Source of the DNA: Leucoraja ocellata
Lineage: Eukaryota
Direction: 5' to 3'
Length of the DNA stretch: 64,000 bases
Assembly (NCBI GenBank): GCA_036785375.1
Contig: JAWMAR010000079.1
Location: 5,022,001-5,086,000, forward strand
Positions 48,601 to 60,399 of this stretch are shown piece after piece. A program made the position numbers and the translations under genes. Numbering within the stretch: the first letter of the stretch is position 1; each line of letters opens with the position of its first letter. The notes under the pieces were generated by a model. It did no database searches. It had not been told where the DNA came from and saw only the letters and a list, made by a program, of their open reading frames with translations.

Positions 48601-51159
48601 GCTCTGGCTGCTTTTACTTGTTATGATCTGTTTATTCATTTTCTACCTCGTGTTCGTTGCTCTCACTTTGTTTGTTCACGCACATCTCAGATCTTTGTCC
48701 ATTCTGCCCAATTGCCGGATCAACTAATTCTTCTCCTCTCCACACATGACAAAATTTCTAAACATGGCTTTTTAATGTCTGTTAATGCTGCCTTGGTGTT
48801 TTTCATAATTAAAATTATTTTTTTGCTTTAAAACCTTATCGTACGGAAATTATTGCTCAGCTTGGAACAGAGTAGTTGGTGAACCATTAAACGTGTGAAA
48901 TTTGACTCATGATTTCCAGTTAGTGTTTTTGCAATGGTATTCATCTGTTTCATTTGATGTGGCATTGTTCAAAGAGTCCTTTGTACTTATGTGCTGTAAG
49001 TACAAATGGGTTGTTCATTTTGTTTTGCTGTGAACACATTAGGTTCTAATTATAGTCTATGACTATAGAACTACAAATATGTGCACTGACTGGTTTGACA
49101 GTAGATGCCCTCATCAGGGACAGTTTTTTTCTTTGTTATATTTTTCTCTGCGGGTTTTACCTATGAAGGAACAATGGTCTTTGTCTCAATTCCTTGTATC
49201 AAACCACTTTGTGTTGTTACAGTGATCCATCTAAAATTGATTTGACCAGATACCCTTTGCCTTTATCAAAATTGTGTCCATTTGCCTTTGACTCGCTGTA
49301 AAAGTCGTTTTATTCTATCAAAGTCGTAATTATAAAATGGTTAAACATTTAATATTTTCTCAGCTCCATGGGTTTCATCCCATTATTTCCAGTTTGCCTT
49401 CTTAACTATGATATTGTATTGTAACTCTGCAGCTTTAACCTCAAACATAGCACAAAAGCCAGCCCAAATGTATTTTCTTTTTAATCCTTCATTGGTGCTA
49501 TTACCTGCTCAGTTCTTTATTTCCTAAAATATATCCACCCGGTCGGTCGCCTATTGCACTGTCCTCTTCATTGTAAAGCCTTTTTCTTTAAAAATACTTC
49601 CTCTCCCTCAAGCAAGTGCTCTCTTGATCCATGAGAAGAAAGTATATGGTAAAGAAAACATGGTTTACTGAAAAACTGTGTTATCTGCCGAATTTAATAG
49701 AGGAGTCGATGCCATTTGGCTCATTCACCTAGTCATAAGTGAGATGAGCAGAATTAGGCTATTCAGCCCATCAAGGCCATTCCGCCATTCAATCATTTCT
49801 TTCCCTCTCAATCCCATTCTCCCCATAACCCATATTAATTAAGAATCTATCAATCCCTGTCTTAAAAATATCAATTGATGGCCTCCACAGCCTTCACCAC
49901 CCTTTGACTAAAGGTAGTCAGTCCTTGATGAGTTGCTCGGCTTCACCGTGTTGGTCTTCCTCATTCAGGACTAGAAAGAGGTGGTGGAAACTAACCCAAG
50001 TAGGGACCATGCATAGCAAGGAAAATGGTTTGGTTCTGGTAGTATTATGGGAAAAAATGCATTAGTTCCAAAGGGAATTCAGAAGCTATTTACCTGTCTG
50101 CTGCCAGAGAATGAGTTGGGGGGAAAAATAGCCAGGCCCTAGTTGTTTGGAACAAAAGAGGTTGAGGGAGCATTTAATCAAGTACGTAAAACGTGAGAGG
50201 CTTGAATAGACTGAACAGAAAGGACTAATTTCTTTAAAAAGCAATGTTAATAATTAGTGACATAGATTAGTAGTTAGTCCTAGGATTAAAGTTGAGGAAA
50301 AATGTTGTCCTGGAGGAGAGTTGTTCTGGACATTTTTTGTGTTAATGTGGAGCTCGGAAAATACTTGGGGGAAACTGCTGTGACCTCGCGCTGCAGATAT
50401 AGAGGTGAAATGTGGGATTCACCTTTAGCTTTTTTTAAAATGGTCATCGTGAACAAAGTGGGATTTTCTGTGATTTTTGCATACATAGAGCACAGAACGA
50501 AAGGTTAAGTTTGTAGAATTCTAAAGGCTATGGAATAAACTCTTTGCAACGTAACTATCCATCTTTTGATCAAAGTTAGCAACTCCATACTCCAGATGCA
50601 GTATATAGTTCTATACATTTTTAAGTGCTGATTGTTGAGGAATGGCAACTGAAGCTGTGTATACTTGGTATGTGAGTAGTAATTGTTGAGGCAGCAACAG
50701 TGCCACTCTGACAATAGTGTTGACAATAATGAGTTAACCTAGTTGTGCATTCCAAAAGCGAGAGTGAAGATAGCGGTTACTTCAGTATGTCCACACTCTC
50801 TTTTGCAATCTCCCGGTGACCTGTGCTAACTTGTAAGTTAAAAGGGTTAATTTAGTTAACATTGATTCAAAAGGGACGTGGCACTTTGACTACAGTGGAA
50901 TTTTTCACTTGTGCCTGCTATTGTGTATCTTGCTCCAGGCGTCCACACTCGCATGATTTACTGCACGCAACTTGTTTAAAGATCCATTAGTCATGTTAAA
51001 TTGTTCTCTATGTATTCCTTTAATTGGAGCAAATGTCAGAAGTGGCCATAAAATTAGTGAATAATAATTACAGCACTTGGATTGATGAAATTGTGAAGGA
51101 TCGTATGTATATCACAGTATCAATTTACTGAAAGTTGTTTAATAACTGAAAGTCGAAAG

Positions 51160-52000
51160 TGAGACTAATTAGGTCTTTGAGTGGGTAGCTAACAAGTGGG
51201 GTGCCACAGAGATCAGTGCCAGGTATTCACCGAACATTATTGATCTTGGATGAACAGATGAATTGTAATATATCTGAATTGGCAGGCTTTATGCAGTTGG
51301 GTAGGAGGGTGATTGTAGAGAAGTCCAGGTTGATTTGGACACGTTCAGGACATGAGCAGATACATAGCAGGCGTGGTTTAATGTAAATACATTTGAGCTC
51401 TTCTACTTTGGTAATAACAGGAAGGTATATTATCTGAATCGATCGATTGGAAAAGGGAGAGGTGCAACAAGACCCGGATGTCCTTCTGCACCAGTCACTG
51501 AAAGTCAGTATGCAGGTAATTAAGAAGGCCTAAATTGCAAGAAGATTAGATTATAAAACAAGGGATATCTTGCTGAAATTGTACAGTACCTTGGTGAGAT
51601 GCGCCTTGAGAATTATGCATGGTTTAGATCTGCTTACCTGCAGGCTTGACTGATATGAAAAGAGAGTGGCTCAATTGGGCTTGTATTCACTAGAGTTTGA
51701 ATTCTGAGAGGGGCTATGGTAGACACCTACATCATTTTAACAGCACTGGCCAGATCAGTTGCTGGAAGGATGCTCTTGAAGGCCAAGTAGCCCAGGGTCA
51801 GGGCTCGCAATGTAAGGATTTGAGCCGATGAAGATGAAAAGCTTGTCAACTAATGTGATTAAACTTGTGGAATTCTCTACCACTGAAGATAGTTGAATCC
51901 AAATCATTAAATTTATTTAAGGAGGCTTTCTTTAGGCTAGAGGAGCCAAGCTATACGTGGAGATAGATCTGGATCATGTTGATTGGTGGAACAGGCTTCA
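51160..52000 (+). mobile_element. Old degenerate CR1 RT/3' fragment
   Basis: SGVPQRSV, LLKLYSTLVR and LGLYSLEF remnants. Confidence 0.65.
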
Positions 52001-52214
52001 AGTTTAAATGAAACACCAAATGCTGGAGTATCTCAGCAGGACAGGCAGCAGCTCTGGGGAGAAGGAATGGGTGATGTTTTGGATCGAGACCCTGCAAGTT
52101 TAAATGTCCTGCCACTGTTTCCATTTGTGCTTGTATGAACAATATCTAGTTTTAATTAAGGTTTGTAATAGCAGTGATGGCATGAGGTGACTAGACTATC
52201 GTAAAACTTGGTTC

Positions 52215-52765
52215 ACATTTAGTTTACCGCCACATGTACCAAGGGTATAGTGAAATGCTTTTTCTTGCGTGCTATCCAGTCAGCGGAAAGACAATACATA
52301 ATTGCAATTGAGATGTCCATAGTGTACAGATACATGATAAGGGAATCATGTTCAGAGCAAGGCAAAGTCAAATTTATAGATTGGCTGAGGGTCTCCAATG
52401 AGGTAGATGGTATCTTCGGATCGCTCTCTAGTTGGTGATAGGATGGTTCAGTTGTCTGATAATAGCTGGAAAGCAACTGTCCTTTAATCTGGAGGTATGC
52501 GTTTTTACAATTCTGTACCTTTTGATGGTGGGAGAGGGAAGAAGAGGGAGTGACGGCGGCTGAGACTCATCCTTGATTAAGCTGGTGGCCTTGTTGAGGT
52601 GAAGTGCAGATGGAGTCGATGGAAGGGAGATTGTTTTTTGTGATGGTCTGGACTGAGTCCTCAATTCTCTGCAATTTCTTGTGGTCTTGGATTTAGCTAT
52701 TCGCAAGCAATACTGTGATGCATCCCAATAAAATGCTTTCTACGGCACATCGGCAGAAGTTGTGA
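52215..52765 (-). mobile_element. Rex1/Babar-like LINE 3' fragment
   Basis: Paralogous to 9270-9790; KATSLIKDES..KRYRIVKTHTSRLKDSCFPAIIRQLN. Confidence 0.8.
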
Positions 52766-54067
52766 GTTCTACAGATGTGCCATAACAAGCGTTTAAATGT
52801 ACCATCGTTGTATGCTGCATCCTATAAATGATGCCAGATTTAATGTGTTCAACTATTAATTGTCTTAATTATTAATTACTGGGACAGTTGAAAGTGGACA
52901 TTAAATGCTGTATTTTCCAGTCATATCCAGTAGGATGATTAGTGCATTGAAGCAACAGTGTAAACTCTATAGAACAATGTTGTCCATAGAAGTCCAAATC
53001 CAAGTCGCAATGGGTTTTGGTGAGGGGAAGCCAAGATCCCAAGAATGTATACTGAAGATTGATTGAGCTTGCTATGTTTTCGTTTCCATTTCTATTTACC
53101 CCTGGTTTTAAAGAAGCTTTGACGGAATTCTGAAAAACAGCTGGCTTCTGTTTGGAATGAAAATAAAATTTTCGCTTGCTGCATCCTGTTTCACCCCTCC
53201 AAAACAAAACTTGAATATTGTGTTTGGAAGTTTGCCAAATGCAACTAAAATTCACTTTGTAACCAGTAATACAGTGAAATTGTATCAATATCTGGATGTT
53301 ATTCTGGTTAGTACGTTGGATCATGCTGTTGTCAGATCATGTTGCAACTGCAATAAAGCTTTCAATCAAGATAGTTTTATCTAACTTGGTGATGTAGAAC
53401 CAATCACTCACCTTTCACTGTGTCTAACAAGCATGCAAATCACCATTATTTGATTAAATCACGAGATCTAGTTTTTGTCATTCTGCGCAGATGCGGATGA
53501 GTTTCTGGGCAGGTAAATCTGAAAAATAGGGCACTTTTTTTTAAATGCCACCTTTTTTGCTTGTGTTCATATTTCTGATTTGCCATGGAGTAATTGGTTT
53601 AAGATAAGCTGGAATTCATATCAGATGTGACCTTGTTTGCATCCCATTGATCTGGTCACAAATGTGCTGATTTCCCCCCCCCCCAGATATATTCATATTT
53701 GGTTAACAAATGCATAGATGTTTGTGGTTGCCATAATGTGTTAAGATGTTAAGGTGTGTGATCAATGGATTATGAAGTGTTTACTGTGTTCAGTTCATTC
53801 TTGGTTAATCTGTAATTAATTTAAATATTATTAAAGTATGAATATTAATATGTATGAAATAGTTTAAATGTGGAAGACAAACTGTACCATAAAAGGTAAG
53901 ATGTTTGATTATTTGATGATGGTGGAAAAAATGTAATTCGTATAACTCTTTGGATCTGTTAATTACAAACAAAAAACAAAGTTCAGCTCAATCAGATTAT
54001 AAAATAACGTCCTGTACCACCCAGAAAATATGGAACTTGTTCTTTATGTGGAATGTGGTGTCATCCA

Positions 54068-55542
54068 CAGTGCCCTCCATAATGTTTGGGACAAAGACCC
54101 ATCATTTAGTTATTTGCCTCGGTACTTCACAATTTGAGATTTGTAATGGGAAAAATCATATATGGCTAAAATGCACATTGTCAGATTTTATTAAAGGCCA
54201 TTTTTATACATTTTGGTTTCACCATGTAGAAATTTTGGCTGTGTTTATACATAGTCCCCCCGATTTCAGGGAACCATAATGTTTGGGACACATGGCTTCA
54301 CACGCATTTGTCCAGGTGTGTTTAATAGTCTTTCCTCCACTTTCCATCACCTTTGGAAACTTTTATTGCTGTTTATCAACATGAGGACCAAAGTTGTGCC
54401 AATGAATGTCAAAGAAGCCATTATGAGACGAGAATCAAGAACAAAACTGTTAGAGACATTAACCAAACCTTAGGCTTACCAAAATCAACTGTTTGGAACA
54501 TCATTAAGAAGAAAGAGAGCACTGGTGAGCTTACTAATCGCTAAGGGACTGGCAGGCAAGAAAGACCTCCACAGCTGATGACAGAAGAGTTCTCTCTAAT
54601 AAAGAAAAATCCCCAAACACCTGTCCGACAGATCAGAAACATTCTTTGAGAGTCAGGAGTGGAATTGTCAATGATGACTGTCCGCAGAAGACTTAATGAA
54701 CAGAATTACAGAGGCTACACTGCAAGATGCAAACCACTGGTTAACTGCAAAAATAGGATGGCCAGGTTAGTTTGCAAGAAGTACTTAAAAGAGCAACCAC
54801 AGTTCTGGAAAAATGTCTTGTGGACAGATGAGACGTAGATTAAATTATATCAGAGTGGAAGTCTGGAGGAGAGAAGGAACTGCCCAAGATCCAAAGCATA
54901 CCACCTCGTCTGTGAAACACGGTGGTGGGGGTGTTATGGCCTAGGCATGTATGGCTGCTGAAGGTACTGGCTCACTTATCTTCATTCATGATATAACTGC
55001 TGATGGTAGTAGCATAATGAATTCTGAAGTATATAGACACATCCTATCTGCTCAAGTTCAAACAAATGCCACAAAACTCATTGGCCAGCAGTTCATTCTA
55101 CAGCAAGACAATGTTCCCAAACATACTGCTAATGCAGCAAAGGAGTTTTTCAAAGTTAAAATTGGTCAATTCTTGAGTGGCCAAGTCAATCACCCAATCT
55201 GAACCCAATTGAGCATGCCTTTTATATGCTGAAGAGAAAACTGAAGGGGACTACCCCCCAAAACAAGCATAAGCTAAAGATGTTCAAGAAGGAACTACAG
55301 ATGCTGGAAGATCGAAGGTACACATAAATGTTGGAGAAACTCAGCGGGTGCAGCAGCATCTATGGAGCGAAGGAAATTGGCAACTTTTCGGGCCGAAACC
55401 CTTCTTCATCAGTTTCACAAATGCTGCTGCACCCGCTGAGTTTCTCCAGCTTTTTTGTGTACCTTCGATTCTCCAGCATCTGCAGTTCCTTCTTAAACAA
55501 TTAAATAATGGGTCTTTGTCCCAGACATTATGGAGGGTACTT
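54068..55542 (+). mobile_element. Decayed Tc1/mariner (DD34E) DNA transposon with IR/DR-type ends
   Basis: TIR cagtgccctccataatgtttgggacaaagacccatcattta at 54068 and its inverse at 55502-55542; internal DR at 54274-54290. Transposase remnants WTDE, KHGGGGVM, QQDNVPKH and WPSQSPNLNPIE carry stops and frameshifts. The 3' part is replaced by a Penelope-derived insert. Confidence 0.93.
55283..55498. mobile_element. Penelope-derived fold-back repeat inserted into the Tc1 element
   Basis: Inverted arms aagaaggaact(a)cagatgctgga...tccagcatctgcagttccttctt. Confidence 0.75.
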
Positions 55543-55627
55543 TTTGTGGTGTCATAATGGTTTTGAACGTGTTTTCATTGCATTGCCTATATCATATGAA
55601 CATCAAGATTTTCTCTTTCTTGTAAAG

Positions 55628-55770
55628 AAACCTTTCAAATGAAGATATTGAGAAGTGGAGATCACCAGTATTGCACCAAGATGGCGCCTGGCTTGTCTTT
55701 GACTTGTTTGCACATAAAGGAAGTGGACTATCGAATGCTTTGCCACTTGGGAAATGATAGACTGATCTGA
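55628..55770 (+). CDS. CTC1: CTC1 terminal coding exon 19/19 (ETFQMKILRSGDHQYCTKMAPGLSLTCLHIKEVDYRMLCHLGNDRLI*)
   Basis: Polypyrimidine tract with an aAG acceptor; phase 1 fits the previous exon; TGA at 55768-55770. Matches human EPPRLQRFQCGE..THVNPRLRLSCLSIRESEY. Absent from the ORF track. Confidence 0.9.
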
Positions 55771-56067
55771 TAGTTATTGGAATTCTTTGACTTGTGCAGC
55801 TGTAGCCTAAGAAATAAGCCCTCGCATGAATCAAGAAATGATTGTCGTTGTTTACAATGTGTTGCTAACAGTGGAATAATTGATACATCGCAGCCCGTTG
55901 AGGGAAAAGAATATTATAATGAATTAAATTGACTGGTTTTACCCAGTGTGTTGTTACAAAACAATACTTTAATTACCATTTGTAATTAACAAAATCCCCA
56001 TTAAATGCAACATGGAATGATTTAAATTGTAAATATTTATTTTGACAATGTACAGTGTATAACTGAA

Positions 56068-56073
56068 AATAAA
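56068..56073 (+). terminator. Probable CTC1 polyadenylation signal AATAAA
   Basis: First AATAAA after the stop, about 300 nt downstream, followed by GT-rich gtgtattgtgtcc at about 56101. Confidence 0.6.
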
Positions 56074-58864
56074 ACTGTTTTATTTCAACATTAATTAGTT
56101 GTGTATTGTGTCCTTGCATTAAATTATGTTTTAGTTTTTTCATGTGGTATAGGAAAAGCCATTGGATTTGAATAGCCAATAATTTGTTGTTGCACTTTCA
56201 GCTCAACAAATGAAAACTGTTTCATCCCTGTTTTGGTACAGATAGTATCCACTATATCCAATGACTTTTTCTGTTAGTTGCCTGTTTACAGCCTAGAAAG
56301 CCTGGTGTTATTTTGTTGTATCTTCCTGCTCCATACTCCCTGCTCACCCTTCCAACGAAACATGGTTGTCAGTGGTGTTATTAATAGAAATGACTTGAGT
56401 CGATGAGTCTGTATCTTTGCAAGTGCTAATATTGAAATAGTTTATGAAATCCATGTTGACCAAAGTTAAAAATGTATTGGAGCAATCTGGCCAAGCAACC
56501 TGGCTTCCTGGCTGATTGTAGTGTTCTTCAGTGCTTTTGTCCTTGTAATGTCAGTTTTCAGTTGAGCTTAAATTGGATCAATTCATGTTTTTATTTGGAT
56601 CTCTGACTTTGAGCAGAGAACTGCCAAATGTTGGGTACAAAATGTGAACCAATACTAATTTTCCTTAAATCTAAAAATCCTATATGCCGACTTGGAAATT
56701 ATGTGAAATTGTTGTAATGACCCCACTTAATATCCATTTGAGGTTATGGGTTTGTGATCATTCCAGGGGAAGATGACTAGATTCATTTTTCATTGGAATT
56801 TGCATGTTGCCTGAAGCCTTTTTCATATTTCTGTGTATATGAATACATTTTTGAACATTGGAGTAGAATGCTTGGCAACTTGTGCATGGAAGTACAATAG
56901 TATTGTTTGCTAAGAGATAGAATATTGAAATTAATATTCTTGAATTCGGGTACTTTGAGTGACAACCTTTTTTTTTACCCAGGTGGCATTTTGTATCCCT
57001 TCGAACTCGAAACTGCTCGAGTTCTGATTTAGCAATTTATTTCATAGATTTTCTTTAATTTTAAAAAAAAGTCTGTTTGTAGAGTAAATTGTGTCACCAG
57101 TTAATGAAACAGTATACACCTCCATCTTGAAAAGGCCCATATATATCATGGTATTGCTCCAAGTATAACAAAGATTTTATTAAATTGATTTAATCTTTAT
57201 GAATTTGTACTATTTCAAAGAGAGCAACTCCATTCTGTTGCTGTAAGATTAAAGATAATTGAGTGTTATTGTCTATGAATAAGTGTTGAGGTTGCAAGGT
57301 TAACTTGAGTTTTGTGGAAGTTGTGTATGAAATTAATTGAATTAATTTTGGAATTCACTACCAAGAAGCCGTGGAAGCTTGGTTGCTGATTATATTCAAG
57401 AGAGCTCAATCGATTTTTCAATGATGGAGGAATTACATAATCTAGGGTTTAGTGAGGAAAATGAGCTGTGGTACAAGACCAGCCATGGTAATAATCAATG
57501 TCAGATCAGGCATAAGAGGGTGAATAGCTTGCACCGTAGGTAGTGTTTTGAGAATGGTTTATGGTGAATGGCACTTGCCTTGTGAAACAAATCTGGGGTT
57601 GAAGTAGGTTAAAATTGCTTCTTTCTTGGAAGGGAATGCAATGAGCACCATTGGAAGGAAAAGGTAGAACCCAATAAAGCTACTGGGTGTTAATACCTGA
57701 AAATAAATACTTGCACTTGTATATAGTGTTTCACAACGTCGGGGCATTCCCAATTGTTTGGCCTATGAAGTGAATTTTTGTTTAAATCTTGCAATGCAGG
57801 AATATGTAATGTGTACAGGAATTAATCATGTGACTTATTGGAATATTAAGTTGCTAAATCCTGCTACTGACCTCGAAGCAATGTATAATTGTTATTGACG
57901 TGATGGATTTCAATGAATTTGGCTGAGAATTATTTAAAAGTGCACTGTAGTTAATGTTATAACCTTTTGATGAAGATGTGTCTTATCAATTTGGTTTGCT
58001 GCTTGACTTTACCTCAATTGGATTTTGAAATGTGTTTCTGGTCTTTTATATTAATTTGGCTTGAATTTAAGATGTATCAAACCTCGAGTGGCACAATGTA
58101 TATGGGGAGAAAATTAAAATATTTTCTACTTAAACTTGCTTTCTGGATTTGCTTATGTAATGGAATTAGTACACGCAAAATTATAAATGTTCTAAATAAG
58201 CAACAAAGAAAAAAATTGCCAATTGTATCTACCCTAAGATACATTATTTATGATATTTGGGAAAATACTGTGTTGAAAAATGTGGTTTCTACTTGGATTT
58301 TTTTCAACCAACTTGGTGCTCTCAAACTGTTACCTAAAATCAATCTGAAAGTTGTCCATTAATGTTCCACGATCATATTTTGGAATGGCCTTTCTTAGAG
58401 AGATTTATAATTGGGTAGCATTCAAAAAGTTGTTAATTTGCACCTTTTAATTTCTGTTCATGAATAATTAATTGTTTAGAATTTGGAAAATGGGAATCTT
58501 GATGACTTGAAGGTATTTTTGGAATATTCACTTGTGCTTCCATAGAAAATTCCTCAGAGAATATGGCTTCTGTGAACATAATGAGGAGCTGTCTGTGGGA
58601 ATTCCATAGAACCAATGAAGTGAAAAGATAAATCATCTTTGTTGATCCCTTCCAAAAGATCCAACTTTGCAAATGCAAGTGACCACATTGATTATCTTCA
58701 TTGAATATTGGGCAGACCAAGTATTGGTTGGAATTTTCGTATGCTATCAAATTCTTCTGCTAAACCACTTTTTTTTAATGGAAATCAAATTGACAGAAAC
58801 TTGCCAATGTTGGAAGAATGAGCAAAAATTGAGAAATCCTAAATCAGATCAGCAAAGGGAAACA

Positions 58865-59127
58865 AACACCTTGGGCAGTCGCACCCTAGCGGCATAAACA
58901 TTGAATTCTCCAATTTCCGGTAGCCCTTGCTGTCTCCTCCCCTTCTCAGCTCTTCCTCAGCCCTCGGGCTCCTCTTCCTTTTTCCTTTCTTCTCCCCGCC
59001 CCCCCCCCCCCCCCCCCCCCCATCTTCCATCAGTCTGAAGAAGGGTTTTGGCCTGAAACGTTGCCTATTTCCTTCGCTCCATAGATGCTGCTGCACCCGC
59101 TGAGTTTCTCCAACATTTTTGTTTACC
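58865..59127 (+). mobile_element. Penelope-like element 3' end with ORF stop, poly-C tract and hammerhead-like motif
   Basis: HPSGINIEFSNFR* (stop 58921-58923); ctgaagaagggttttggcctgaaacgtt at 59035-59062; 16-bp flanking duplication at 58849-58864 and 59128-59143 (1 mismatch). Confidence 0.8.
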
Positions 59128-59387
59128 TCAGCAAATGGAAACATATGTTGAGATACCCATGGTGCCCATGGTGAGAGCTTCCTTTTCATGCCTTTTCCCT
59201 CGGTCATAGTTCTCATTGTCCATGCTTGGTTTCCATCTGCTATACAATTGGTAGGAGGATAATCTTTACATGACTTAAGAGATGCCTCGCATGTCTTCTA
59301 ATTCTTCAAGATGTACCAGATTTGAGGTGCATCCTCAGTTGACATGGACAGTTGTTCTATGCCAACAGGACAATTTACACCATGATT

Positions 59388-59530
59388 ACATAGAAACATA
59401 GAAAATAGGTGCAGAAGTAGGCCATTTGGCCCTTCGAGTATGGCTGATCATCCAAAACCAGTATCCCGTTCCTGCTTTCCCCCCCCCATATCTCTTGATT
59501 CTTTTACCCCTAAGAGCTAAATCTAACTCT
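59388..59530 (-). mobile_element. CR1 3' tail fragment with (acatagaa)n end
   Basis: ataggtgcagaagtaggccatttggcccttcga..atggctgatcatcc. Same family at about 7815-7910 and 20420-20640. Confidence 0.7.
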
Positions 59531-60399
59531 GTGGAGATTTGTCTTGACATTAGAAATGTCGAGAATGGACTCAGCATGCCAAATGGCATGTTAAACTCTA
59601 ATTGTGTTGGATTTAAATATGTGACCATGTTGGATAAAGGTTATTTTGGCACTTAAACCCAATGGCTGTCTGCTGTGTTAAATAATGGACAACAGATTGG
59701 AATTCTTTGCTTCAATTCTCTCCCATTTACCCTGCATCATTGGGATTTTGAAACTTTCGGAAATATTAATGGGAATATTTTTGGAGGCGGGAGAGTAGAA
59801 AAAATAACCTTTTTGAGGAAATGGCGACAGTAAGAAAACAGAAGAAAGTCTAAATTATTTCTCGGGTAAACACAATGGTAAAACATGGAATTCTTAACCA
59901 TTGATTAAAAATGGCCAATCCTTTGAGAACAGGGACTCCATGTGACTTGATCACGAGTTAAATTGAAGCAGCTCCCTTCCCCCTATGTTTAAATTCCATT
60001 CCCTCCTCCCTCCATATTATCTTCATGAAGAAAATAATCCTTGTAAAGCCATTTCCGTCCACGGGAGGAACTATTTTTTCTCTCCCTAACCATGGATGTG
60101 TTTTAATTGTTGGAAGAATAGAGGGGGAAACGACAAAGGAGATTTCCTTGGGGGAACCCCAACTGGGGTTGGGGGGGGGGGGGGGTGGGGGGTTGGAGCA
60201 AGGGTCTCCCTTAGGGGGGGTGAGAACAGGTCCAAAGGCATGCATTCACAACTCCCTCCCCCTTCCCCCCCCAATGGGTCTGTGTGTTTCTGCTGTGGGG
60301 CAAGGGGTGGGTCTAAAGCCTTGGTCCACCACCTGAGTCCAGGGAGGGAGGGGAGGAAAATGTTGCAATTATTTCGCAGCGTCGTTGCTGTCAATCAAA

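Larger units (their letters stand above)
58400..59935 (+). ncRNA. Candidate last exon of a CHASERR-like lncRNA (boundaries uncertain)
   Basis: Same strand and immediately upstream of the CHD2 promoter; 14 ATGG in 59135-59914; AAGATG 59308; AAATGGA 59133; ATTAAA 59904. No transcript evidence is available. Confidence 0.4.
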
